A stretch of DNA of 64,000 nucleotides from Dehalococcoidia bacterium (GTDB lineage: Bacteria > Chloroflexota > Dehalococcoidia > Lucifugimonadales > CATOSD01). A model generated the notes under the pieces. The model did no database searches and was not told where the DNA came from. It saw only the letters and a program-made list of their open reading frames with translations. Shown piece by piece: positions 55,893 to 64,000 of the stretch; within the stretch, counting starts at the first letter, position 1, and every line of letters starts with the position of its first letter. The DNA lies in contig CBDBBO010000001.1 of assembly GCA_965203135.1 (NCBI GenBank), positions 183,037-247,036 of the forward strand, given 5' to 3'. Made by a program: the position numbers and the translations under genes.

Positions 55893-57848
55893 TTACTCCG
55901 CAGGACGAATGGTCATCCTGACAGTATCGCCTTTATTGAAGGGCTGCTCGGAAACGTCCCAGGTGAAGCTACTGTTTCCAGGCAAAACACGCGCGTCACT
56001 GACAGCGAGATTTAGAATCTCATCACCTGTAGAGTCCAGCACTGAGATTACATGACCTGACAGATTAGCGGATGTTTGTGTCAAAAACTCTATTCTTTTG
56101 TTGGCCCAGTAGAACGCCGCTATCGGAACGGATCGACCTCCGAACTGAAAAGCCCCAGGCGTGAGGCTACCCGAAAAGCCCTGTAGAAATCCGGGTTCTC
56201 TAGGTGAGCTAAGACTTCCGACCGTCAGTTGAGCATCAAAGATTGGAGGCGGCAGATCTGACGTGATACGCAGCATCAGTTGATCACCTGCAGCCCAGGG
56301 AGCCGGCGATACGTCCCACGTCAGAGCCGCGCCTGTGCTGGTGGCCACTTCAGGGTCGAGCGAGAGCGCGGTAGAGCCGTCCAGGGCGATGAAGTCCAGA
56401 TTGGTGTTGGCGAGCGCGCCTGCGGGGTTGGTAGTGACCTGCACCTTTCCGTTCCCCCAGGTGAGCGACGTGATGCCGCCGCCGTCGAAAGCGGCCGGTT
56501 CGAGAACGCCCGTGGACGTGCCGTAGCCGACGCCATCTGTCGTGGTGGCCGGGTCGAAGAACGCCTCGTGAATCGTACCCTTTGGGGCCATCACTTCAAT
56601 CGACATGACGGCGTAGGTGTCTTCAGTGTGGAAGTTGCAGCGTTGAGCGGACCAGGAGTAGACCTCGTAATGAGCGGTGTAGGAACCTGCCGGCAGTGGC
56701 CGCGCCGTGGTGACACGATACGTGTAGCCCGTAGACGCCACATTGTCGGGGTCGGTCATGGTGACAACCAACAAGTCGGCATCGGGGCCGTCAACCCAAT
56801 GTCTGTCGTACCCTTTGTGAAGGCTCTTGGGCAGCAGGTCCATCTTCGTGTTTTCCCACGTGAGGATTTCCACTCCAGCCGGTGCGCCTGAATTCAGAGT
56901 GTAGTCCCACACTGTGTTCGGCCTCGGCCGTCCTGTGTGAGCCTCGATGTCCCGCTCATTCCGTATGAACCCCAATGAGGCCCGAATACAGTGTTGGTAT
57001 TCTTCAGGGCTTACAGTGAGGAGAGTGGATGATGCAGTAGTCGTCGAGGGGCCGGATTGCCCCCCGACAGGCGGGGCCGATGCTAGAGCGGGCGGTCCCG
57101 CCATCCAGTCGATAACGGCAGCCAGAGAGGATTCCGAAAGGTCTACAACCCCACCAGTCACGCCAACATCCTTGATGGTTCTGTCGCCAGCGGGGGGATT
57201 CGATGACGCCCCGGATACACCCCCAGAAGGCGGCGACGCCTGTAGAAGCGGGTCGAGCGGAAGCCATACGGGGTTGCGGCTGCCTATGGTATAGCCCTTG
57301 GGTAGATTCCCCGTGTACTCGTAAGCAGTGAATGTGTCTTCTTCGAGATATACCCACGTGGTCGTGTCGATGAACTCGTAGTCCTCAGTCTGGCCGGTCA
57401 GCTCGTTGAGAAACAGGATGGCGTCCCGGTTGTCCCATCGGGTATCGCGCCCCGCAGTCGTGGCCCTAACTGTGAACTCAGCCGCCCCAGTCCCCTTGAG
57501 GTACTCGATTGAGTGAAATCGGAGAACGTCGTCAGCTGCCGAGGTCAGGCGCGCCTTTACAACCACGTCGGCCAGGTAGGTCCGCTCCTCAATCGAAGCG
57601 GTCGACTTCCCCCAATGGTCTACAAGTGGGACAGTCGCCCAAGTAATAGGCGTGGAGACCGGATCTCTCTTCACGCCCCCCACAGCAGTAGGCATCTGCT
57701 GTGGCACATGGGGTGTTGCCGTAGGCGTGTGTAAAGTCGGGGTGGGGGTTGCGTTCGTGGTAAGGGCATCGGATGGCCCCGAATCTCCACAAGCACCCCC
57801 CAGAAGCGCCACAACAGGTAGCAGGAGTGTCATTAGGTATCTAAACAT
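55893..57848 (-). CDS. Hypothetical large secreted protein / lipoprotein with two C-terminal repeat modules
   Basis: Signal MFRYLMTLLLPVVALLGGACGD. Internal repeat LTWDVSPAPWAAGDQLMLRI / FTWDVSEQPFNKGDTVRMTI. No family recognised. Confidence 0.55.
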   Translation of the reverse strand: MFRYLMTLLLPVVALLGGACGDSGPSDALTTNATPTPTLHTPTATPHVPQQMPTAVGGVKRDPVSTPITWATVPLVDHWGKSTASIEERTYLADVVVKARLTSAADDVLRFHSIEYLKGTGAAEFTVRATTAGRDTRWDNRDAILFLNELTGQTEDYEFIDTTTWVYLEEDTFTAYEYTGNLPKGYTIGSRNPVWLPLDPLLQASPPSGGVSGASSNPPAGDRTIKDVGVTGGVVDLSESSLAAVIDWMAGPPALASAPPVGGQSGPSTTTASSTLLTVSPEEYQHCIRASLGFIRNERDIEAHTGRPRPNTVWDYTLNSGAPAGVEILTWENTKMDLLPKSLHKGYDRHWVDGPDADLLVVTMTDPDNVASTGYTYRVTTARPLPAGSYTAHYEVYSWSAQRCNFHTEDTYAVMSIEVMAPKGTIHEAFFDPATTTDGVGYGTSTGVLEPAAFDGGGITSLTWGNGKVQVTTNPAGALANTNLDFIALDGSTALSLDPEVATSTGAALTWDVSPAPWAAGDQLMLRITSDLPPPIFDAQLTVGSLSSPREPGFLQGFSGSLTPGAFQFGGRSVPIAAFYWANKRIEFLTQTSANLSGHVISVLDSTGDEILNLAVSDARVLPGNSSFTWDVSEQPFNKGDTVRMTIRPAE

Positions 57849-57866
57849 GATGCGACCTCTTCGAAC

Positions 57867-59282
57867 TCAGCGTACGTGCACGTGGTTCCCGACTATTTTC
57901 TCCAGGCCATGCAGGTCATGGGAAGTGAAGTCTTTAGGCGGGTCAGAAGTGAAACTGTACCTCTCCCTCATTACCGACTCCTCTCGGGGGTCGTTTGGAA
58001 GATGGCCGAGTCCCAATGCGTGTCCCAGTTCGTGCAACACAACCGTCGGCAGGTAGATGTACTGTTCACGTGTGTCGTTGTGGGTAGCCTTTGCGTAGTC
58101 AGTCGTCCAAACGCTGATTTCTCCATTCCTGATGCCAAACGGAGGCCAGCGAATCCACAACTGCGCTGACTCGATGTGGTCTTGATTGCTATCTCGCCCA
58201 GGTACATTGGGCAACTCCTCTAACTTTGGCTTAAGGCACGCCATAGCGTCCCATGCGTAATCGCATCTGTGGTCTTGTCGTAAGCCACTGTGCCAAAAGT
58301 GCTTGACCTCGACCTCAGCGTTCGCGGAAGTGACTTCCGCAAAGAGTCTTGCGATGCCCGAAGCACGGTTCCACCTGTTGGCGGACACCCTCGTGTTTCG
58401 CTCCACTAAAGCGTTGCCCTCTCGCCTGTAGGAGTCCAGAGTGAAGTCATCGTCGTCGTCACTCCGTAGATAACTCGGAACTGACCCTTCAAAACCAGGC
58501 AACACCGCGTATGGCACGTATTTGTCTCCCTGGTGTATAGCCTGCCTCAGCTCCGGCGTTGCGTGTATGGTCACTACCGAACCTGTGCTGCCGCGTTTCA
58601 CTTGCAGGTCTACGCCGCCATTGACGTCAAGCCCGACCTCGCAGCGAATCAACTGCACGCGCGTCGTAGCAGTCAAGGGAGCCCACGTTGTCGCGTAGGC
58701 AGATGGGTGGGCTGGGCACTTCCCACCTCGCCGGTCCTCGTGTATTCCAGTCTGGCCCGTATTGAACACCAATCTGAACAGGTAGTCGCCGATTACAGCT
58801 CCTCCTTGAGGCGTCACCCTCAGGTCGAACTCTCCAGAATCAAACACAGCCCAGCTATATGCATGGTCCACGACGTCATATGGGCTGACGCTTGCGAGAG
58901 TGGCGCTGAAGGGCAGGAGCACGTTCTGATTTCTTCTGGGAGTTGGCGTTGGCCCTGGAGTATCCGTTGGGCCAGGCCCGGGCGTATCTGTAGGGCCGGG
59001 CCCGGGCGTCGGTGTATCCGTAGGCGTGTTGGTGGGTGTGGGCGTGTCGGTGGGTGTATCTGTTGGCGTCGGTGGCTTGGGTCGCGTCCTCGTGGGAGAC
59101 GGCGGCGGAACCTTAGTCGCTGTCGGACGTGGAGTAGGTGGCGCAATGACTCGAGGCTTTGGCGTAGGACTCGGAGTTTTGGTCGCAGTCGGCTTAGGCC
59201 TCGGGGTCTTGGTCGGCGTTGCTGTCCAGCACTCAGGATAACCTGAGAATCCTGGCTTGGTGCAGTCCGGCGGCTCTTCCAC
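57867..59282 (-). CDS. Matrixin-like (M10) zinc metalloprotease with Pro/Thr-rich N-terminal region
   Basis: HELGHALGLGH zinc motif with a downstream Met-turn (ESVM). GTG start. No signal peptide is detectable at the N-terminus. Confidence 0.7.
   Translation of the reverse strand: MEEPPDCTKPGFSGYPECWTATPTKTPRPKPTATKTPSPTPKPRVIAPPTPRPTATKVPPPSPTRTRPKPPTPTDTPTDTPTPTNTPTDTPTPGPGPTDTPGPGPTDTPGPTPTPRRNQNVLLPFSATLASVSPYDVVDHAYSWAVFDSGEFDLRVTPQGGAVIGDYLFRLVFNTGQTGIHEDRRGGKCPAHPSAYATTWAPLTATTRVQLIRCEVGLDVNGGVDLQVKRGSTGSVVTIHATPELRQAIHQGDKYVPYAVLPGFEGSVPSYLRSDDDDDFTLDSYRREGNALVERNTRVSANRWNRASGIARLFAEVTSANAEVEVKHFWHSGLRQDHRCDYAWDAMACLKPKLEELPNVPGRDSNQDHIESAQLWIRWPPFGIRNGEISVWTTDYAKATHNDTREQYIYLPTVVLHELGHALGLGHLPNDPREESVMRERYSFTSDPPKDFTSHDLHGLEKIVGNHVHVR
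58938..59222 (-). repeat. Low-complexity coding repeat (Pro/Thr-rich, PTDTP units)
   Basis: Encodes TPTKTPRPKPTATKTPSPTPKP...PTPTDTPTDTPTPTNTPTDTPTPGPGPTDTPGPGPTDTPGPTPTP. Confidence 0.7.
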
Positions 59283-59345
59283 CTCGCCACCCCAACCCCT
59301 GAACCTACCAGAGCCTACCCCTGTCAGCCCATCTAGGGGGAGGCG

Positions 59346-60329
59346 CTAGTCCGCGGCGGCGATGCTGTACCCCGCCGCGTGCATCGCGCAGCGGTTGCCG
59401 TGGCGGCTCACGTACTCGTAGGCGGCGGTGGCGGCGAGGGCACCGGACGCGGCGGCGGTGATGGTCTGCTTCAGGTCGCCCGCGGCGTCGGTCAGGTCGC
59501 CCGCGGCGAACACGCCCTCCACGTTCGTGGACCCGTGCTTGTCCACCCGCACCTCGTCCTGGTCGTTCAGCTCCACGCCGAGCTGCCGCGCGAGCTCCAC
59601 GCGCGGGTCCGCGCCGATCTCGATGAAGATGCCGTGCATCGCAAGCTCCGTCGATCCGGCGTGAGGCCGGTCCAGCACCACGCCGTCGAGGCCGTTCTCG
59701 CCCAGCAGGCCGACCACGTTGGTGTTGAAGAGGGTGGTGACGTTCTCGGCGGCCTCCAGTTGGCGCAGGTTGACCGGCTCGGGCCGGGTGAAGCTCCCGC
59801 GCCGGTAGATGACGTACACCTGGCGGGCGTACTTGGAGAGCAGCGCGGCGCCCTTCACGGCGGAGTCGCCCCCGCCCACTACGCCCACCACGTTGTCCCG
59901 GTGCAGCGGAGCGTCGCACGTCGAGCAGTAGGACACGCCGCGTCCGGTCCACTCCGCCTCGTGCTCCAGGCCGAGCGTGCGGCGCTCGCGGCCCACCACC
60001 AGGATTACGGACGCGCCCAGGTAGACGTTGCCCTCGTCGGTGGTCAGCTCGAAGCAGTCGGAGCGGCGGACTATGCTGGCGGCGTCCTCGTCCACGATAG
60101 GCACCTCGTACTTCTCGGCGTGCTCGCGGAACTTCAGCATGAGGTCCAGGCCGTCGATTTCGGGATAGCCGGGGTAATTCTCGATGAGTCCGCCGGTCGC
60201 GGTCTCGCCGCCGAACACCGCGCCGAACACCACGGGGCGAATCTGGTAGCGCGCCGCGTACATGGCGGCGGCGTATCCCGCCGCGCCCTGGCCGGCGATC
60301 AGCACGTCGTAGATCGTTTCGTTGGCCAT
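59346..60329 (-). CDS. trxB: Thioredoxin-disulfide reductase
   Basis: DVLIAGQGAAGYAAA FAD motif and redox-active CSTCDA. GGAGGGAG precedes ATG 60329. Confidence 0.9.
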   Translation of the reverse strand: MANETIYDVLIAGQGAAGYAAAMYAARYQIRPVVFGAVFGGETATGGLIENYPGYPEIDGLDLMLKFREHAEKYEVPIVDEDAASIVRRSDCFELTTDEGNVYLGASVILVVGRERRTLGLEHEAEWTGRGVSYCSTCDAPLHRDNVVGVVGGGDSAVKGAALLSKYARQVYVIYRRGSFTRPEPVNLRQLEAAENVTTLFNTNVVGLLGENGLDGVVLDRPHAGSTELAMHGIFIEIGADPRVELARQLGVELNDQDEVRVDKHGSTNVEGVFAAGDLTDAAGDLKQTITAAASGALAATAAYEYVSRHGNRCAMHAAGYSIAAAD

Positions 60330-60333
60330 CCGG

Positions 60334-61308
60334 TCACTCCCTCCCTGTCGCATTGTCGTGTCCGAAGCGGCGCAGCAACTCGCCGATGCGAACGCGGTCC
60401 ACGTTGCCGCCGCTGAGCACGCACACCACCGTGCCGCCCGCGGGCACCGTCACCCTGCCGGTGAGCAGCGCAGCGAGCGTGGACGCCGCGGCGGGTTCGG
60501 CCACCACCTTGCCGCGCTCGATTATCTGGAACATCGCCTCCACTATCTCGGCGTCGTTCACCACGGCGACGTCGTCCACGAAACGCTGAACGTGGTCGAG
60601 TGTGACCTCGCCGGTGAACGGCGCGGCTAGCCCGTCGGCGATGGTGTCCACGTCCAGGAACGCGGGGCTGCCCTGGCGCAGGCTGAGCGTCATGGTCTGC
60701 GCGCCCTCCGGCTCCACGCCGACCACCCTGGCGTTGGGCAGCGACTGCTTGACCGCGGCGGCGACGCCGGAGACCAGGCCACCGCCGCCGATGCCGCACA
60801 GCACCAGGTCCACGTCCGGGCAGTCCTCCACCAGCTCCATGCCCAGCGTGCCCGCTCCGGCGATGATGGCGGGGTCGTCGAACGGGTGCACCACCGTCAG
60901 GCCCTGCTCCTCCTGTATGGCCGCCATCCGCGCCAGGATGTCGCCCGGCTCGATCACCACGTCCGCGCCGTAGCCGCGCGTGAGGTCCACCTTCACCTGC
61001 ACGGAGGTAGCCGGCATGACGACGGTGGACGACGCGCCCGAAAGCGAGGCCGACCAGGCGAGCGCCTGGCCGTGGTTGCCGGACGACACGGTGATGACGC
61101 CCCTGGCCTTCTGCTCCGGACTGAGCTTCGACATCTTGTTGAGCACGCCGCGCACCTTGTAGGCGCCGGTCTTCTGGAACATCTCCAGCTTGAACAGCAC
61201 CCGCGCGCCGAACAGTTCGCTGAAGTAGTCGTTCTGCACCAGTGGCGTCCTGGCGATCCTGCCGTCTATCGCGCGGCGCGCCGCCGCTATGTCGTCGAGT
61301 CCTGTCAT
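60334..61308 (-). CDS. PLP-dependent threonine/serine ammonia-lyase (short form, no ACT domain)
   Basis: FKLEMFQKTGAYKVRG PLP-lysine motif and SSGNHGQA. Start ATG 61308. The track N-terminal extension is spurious. Confidence 0.85.
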   Translation of the reverse strand: MTGLDDIAAARRAIDGRIARTPLVQNDYFSELFGARVLFKLEMFQKTGAYKVRGVLNKMSKLSPEQKARGVITVSSGNHGQALAWSASLSGASSTVVMPATSVQVKVDLTRGYGADVVIEPGDILARMAAIQEEQGLTVVHPFDDPAIIAGAGTLGMELVEDCPDVDLVLCGIGGGGLVSGVAAAVKQSLPNARVVGVEPEGAQTMTLSLRQGSPAFLDVDTIADGLAAPFTGEVTLDHVQRFVDDVAVVNDAEIVEAMFQIIERGKVVAEPAAASTLAALLTGRVTVPAGGTVVCVLSGGNVDRVRIGELLRRFGHDNATGRE

Positions 61309-61375
61309 GTCTGCGCTCCGGTTGTGTGGTATTCTCATTTCGATGATACACAATTTGGCAAACGGGAGGGAAACG

Positions 61376-61780
61376 ATGGCCGAAGTAAAGAGGGAGATAC
61401 TCAATCCGCACCCGCCGATTGGCGCGTATTCGCACGCGGTGCGCGTGAGCGGCGGCGAACTGCTGTTCATCGCGGGCCAAGTGTCCGTGGAGAACGGCGT
61501 CACGGTCGGCGAGGGCGACGTGGCAGCGCAGACGCGGCAGGTGTTCGCGAACCTGCGCAAGGTGCTCGACGGCGCGGGCGCCACGTTCGCGGACGTGGTG
61601 GAGTTTACGACGTACCTGGTGGGCAGCGAGTCGTTCGAGCCGTTCGCCCAGGCGCGAACGGAGATCTTCCCGGAGCTGTTCCCAACCGGGGAGTACCCGC
61701 CGAACACGCTGCTCATCATCAGCGGCCTCGCTAGGCCGGAGCTGCTGGTGGAGATCAAGGCGGTGGCGGTGGTCGGGTAG
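61376..61780 (+). CDS. ridA: RidA/YjgF family reactive-intermediate (enamine/imine) deaminase
   Basis: PPIGAYSHAVRVSGGELLFIAGQV and the C-terminal LVEIKAVA are typical. GGGAGGGA RBS precedes ATG 61376. Confidence 0.9.
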   Translation: MAEVKREILNPHPPIGAYSHAVRVSGGELLFIAGQVSVENGVTVGEGDVAAQTRQVFANLRKVLDGAGATFADVVEFTTYLVGSESFEPFAQARTEIFPELFPTGEYPPNTLLIISGLARPELLVEIKAVAVVG

Positions 61781-61791
61781 GGCCTTCTCGA

Positions 61792-61839
61792 AGTCCCTTC
61801 CCCCCTCGCAGGGGGAAGGTTTAGGATGGGGATGAGGGT
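61792..61839 (-). repeat. Family A hairpin repeat (reverse orientation)
   Basis: agtcccttcccccctcgcagggggaaggtttaggatggggatgagggt. Confidence 0.85.
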
Positions 61840-61980
61840 CTGACCGCCCCCGAAGTGTGGTATAATGGAACTGCCGTCACTGTTCGCCCCCGCACGCCTG
61901 CCAGCCGGCGGCGCGCACGCAGCGAGTCATTCCACCGCCTCAAGCACAAGACCCGGCTCTCCGTATCGAGGCTGCCCTAG

Positions 61981-62238
61981 ATGCCGCCGACTTCCGCAAT
62001 GGACAAAATCCGCGCGCGCGCCGTGCGCAACGCCCAGAAGCGCATCAGCGAGCACCTGGAGGCGATGCAGCGGGACGCCCACGGCCTGGAGTTCGCGCCG
62101 TGGCTGGCGGAAGTAGACGACCTGTGGAAGGGCATTTTCGGCAACATCAACCGGATGAGCGCCGGCCCCCAGCGGGAGGCTCTGGAGTCGATACGCGAAC
62201 TCTGGACGAGCTACATCACCCACTACGGCATTCGTTAG
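61981..62238 (+). CDS. Hypothetical protein (85 aa, helical)
   Basis: ORF only. No family recognised. Confidence 0.4.
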   Translation: MPPTSAMDKIRARAVRNAQKRISEHLEAMQRDAHGLEFAPWLAEVDDLWKGIFGNINRMSAGPQREALESIRELWTSYITHYGIR

Positions 62239-62272
62239 CGGAGCGCCGTTTCAGACGCCCGGCGAGGTGAGA

Positions 62273-62635
62273 ATGGCAAACGCGCTCGAACCGGACATGG
62301 ACCATGCCAGGGAGACCTCGCTTATGGCGCACAGCGTCGTCATCAAGCTGAAGGAGATGGGACTGCCCGCCGAGTACGACGAGGCCCTGGCGCGGGTGTC
62401 CACCGACTTGGGCGACATCTGGGGGTCGCACAAGGCGCTGTGCGAGGGGCTGGAGGACCTGATCAGGGGCTCGCGTAGCTGGGAAGAGGTAGGCGACAGC
62501 CTGGTGGACCTGCGGGCCAGCATCGACCACTTCTCCTGGCATCTGGGCAACGTTCGCGGCCCGCTGACGAAGCTGACGAGGTACGCCTACCGCGTTGCGC
62601 AGGACGAAGAAGAGGGGAACCAGGAGAGCGATTGA
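62273..62635 (+). CDS. Hypothetical protein (120 aa, helical, acidic tail)
   Basis: ATG 62273 after GAGGTG. Its stop overlaps the dnaG TTG start (TTGA). Confidence 0.45.
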   Translation: MANALEPDMDHARETSLMAHSVVIKLKEMGLPAEYDEALARVSTDLGDIWGSHKALCEGLEDLIRGSRSWEEVGDSLVDLRASIDHFSWHLGNVRGPLTKLTRYAYRVAQDEEEGNQESD

Positions 62636-64000
62636 GCGTAGTAGACGACATAAAGGCCCGGCTGGACATCGTGGACACGGTGTCCGGCTACGTCGCGCTC
62701 CAAAAGGCGGGCCGTAACTTCAAGGCGCTCTGCCCGTTTCACACGGAGAAGACGCCCTCGTTCGTGGTCAGCCCCGAACGGCAGTCGTGGCGGTGCTTCG
62801 GCGCCTGCGCCACCGGCGGCGACGCCTTCTCGTTCGTGATGCGGTCCGAGAACCTGGAGTTCGGCGACGCGCTGAGGCTGCTCGCGCGCAAGACCGGCGT
62901 GGAGCTCGGGCCGTCGTCCGGCGAGAGGCGGGACGGCCTGTACACGGCGAACGCCGAGGCCGCCCGCTTCTACCAGGACGCGCTGAGGTCGCCGCAGGGG
63001 GAGCAGGCCAGGGAGTACCTGAAGGAGCGCGGCCTGTCCGCCGACGTGGCTAGGCGCTTCCAGCTCGGCTTCAGCCCGCCGGGCGACGCGCTCAAGGCGC
63101 ACCTGGCGCGGTTGGACGTGAGCGAGGACGACGCGCTGAAGGCGGGCCTTCTGCGCCAGAACGAGGAGGACCGCCCATCCCGCGACTTCTTCTACAACCG
63201 CATCATGTTCCCGATACACGACCGCCAGAGTCGGGTGATCGGCTTCGGCGCGCGCGCCATGGGCGACGCCATGCCCAAGTACATCAACACGCCACAGACG
63301 CCCGTGTTCAACAAGAGCGACACGGTCTACGCGCTCCACCTCGCGTCCGAACGCATCAGGTCGGAGGGCGTCGGCGTGGTGGTGGAGGGCTACATGGACG
63401 CCATCGCGGCGCACGAGTTCGGCTATGCCAACGTGGTCGCCTCAATGGGCACCGCGCTCACCGAGCGGCAGGTGTCGCAGCTGCGCTCGCTGGCGTCGTC
63501 TTTCGTGCTCGCGCTGGACGCCGACGCCGCCGGACAGGAGGCGACGCTGCGCAGCCTGGAGTCGTCGTGGCGCGTCATCAGCCGGCAGCAGGCGCCTTCC
63601 GGCTCGGCGCTGGGCGGCGGCATGATCTGGCGCGAGCCTGTCACGCTGCGAATCGCGCCGCTGCCCGCCGGCACGGACCCGGACGCGCTCATTCGCAGCG
63701 ACCGCGAGGCGTGGGAGCGCGTCATCGAGGGCGCGACGCCGCTGGTGGAGTACCTGGTGCCCGCGATGGCCTCGCGGTTCGACCTGAGCACCGGGCAGGG
63801 CAAGGCCCAGGCGGCTGAGGCGGTGTTTCCATTCATCGCCTCGACGGGCAACACGTTCGACCAGGAGCGCTACACGCGGCTGCTCGCCGACGCTCTCGGC
63901 GTCTCCACGGAGGCGCTGCGCGCCAGCGTATCGTCCGCGCGCCGCGCGCCGGCCGCCCGCGCTGGCGGGCGACGCCAGGCCACGCCCGCGCCAGGCATGA
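62632..64000 (+). CDS. dnaG: DNA primase, N-terminal about 456 aa; runs off the window end
   Basis: Own translation from TTG 62632: SVVDDIKARLDIVDTVSGYVALQKAGRNFKALCPFHTEKTPSFVVSPERQSWRCFGACATGGDAFSFVM (CHC2 zinc finger), then the TOPRIM segment VVVEGYMDAIAAHEFGY. Absent from the ORF track because there is no stop in the window. Confidence 0.9.
   Translation, partial: MSVVDDIKARLDIVDTVSGYVALQKAGRNFKALCPFHTEKTPSFVVSPERQSWRCFGACATGGDAFSFVMRSENLEFGDALRLLARKTGVELGPSSGERRDGLYTANAEAARFYQDALRSPQGEQAREYLKERGLSADVARRFQLGFSPPGDALKAHLARLDVSEDDALKAGLLRQNEEDRPSRDFFYNRIMFPIHDRQSRVIGFGARAMGDAMPKYINTPQTPVFNKSDTVYALHLASERIRSEGVGVVVEGYMDAIAAHEFGYANVVASMGTALTERQVSQLRSLASSFVLALDADAAGQEATLRSLESSWRVISRQQAPSGSALGGGMIWREPVTLRIAPLPAGTDPDALIRSDREAWERVIEGATPLVEYLVPAMASRFDLSTGQGKAQAAEAVFPFIASTGNTFDQERYTRLLADALGVSTEALRASVSSARRAPAARAGGRRQATPAPGM

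Noticed and set aside
60334-61758. 474-aa ORF extending the dehydratase N-terminus across the ridA gene.
   Set aside because: The extension is low-complexity and antisense to a well-supported ridA. The conserved dehydratase N-terminus begins at ATG 61308.

Overview
High-GC bacterial chromosomal segment (sampled lines about 65-72% GC), mostly ordinary metabolism. It includes a beta-oxidation-like set (tandem SDRs, SCP-x thiolase, DUF35, enoyl-CoA hydratases, acyl-CoA dehydrogenase, CoA-transferase), lutABC, GGT, a GldA/F/G-like ABC module, cinA, argC, trxA/trxB and dnaG. All motifs, translations and coordinates were worked out by hand; no searches were run. Findings worth a second look, most interesting first. 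(1) A tRNA-Sec (anticodon UCA, 8312-8409) sits in the same window as a gene whose in-frame UGA falls on the first Cys of a glutaredoxin-like CxxC motif, with a hairpin 16 nt downstream. I read this as a Grx(Sec)-DinB fusion selenoprotein that ORF calling truncates (20191-20943). (2) An AT-richer three-gene island (40.8-46.25 kb) holds an ApeA-type HEPN protein with R-N-Y-L-T-R where Rx4-6H is expected, a solitary 967-aa amino-methyltransferase, and a single-chain tandem retropepsin-like protease with two D-T-G motifs. (3) A compact restriction-modification pair (28.85-31.76 kb) joins a NotI-family endonuclease to a DUF1156/Zn-ribbon methyltransferase. (4) A Clp/Hsp100 gene is broken by three separate +1 shifts within about 345 bp. 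(5) At least four short interspersed repeat families occur, including 13 copies of a roughly 40-nt hairpin element. They build three near-kilobase or half-kilobase noncoding mosaics. No rRNA, CRISPR array, transposase or integrase was seen.
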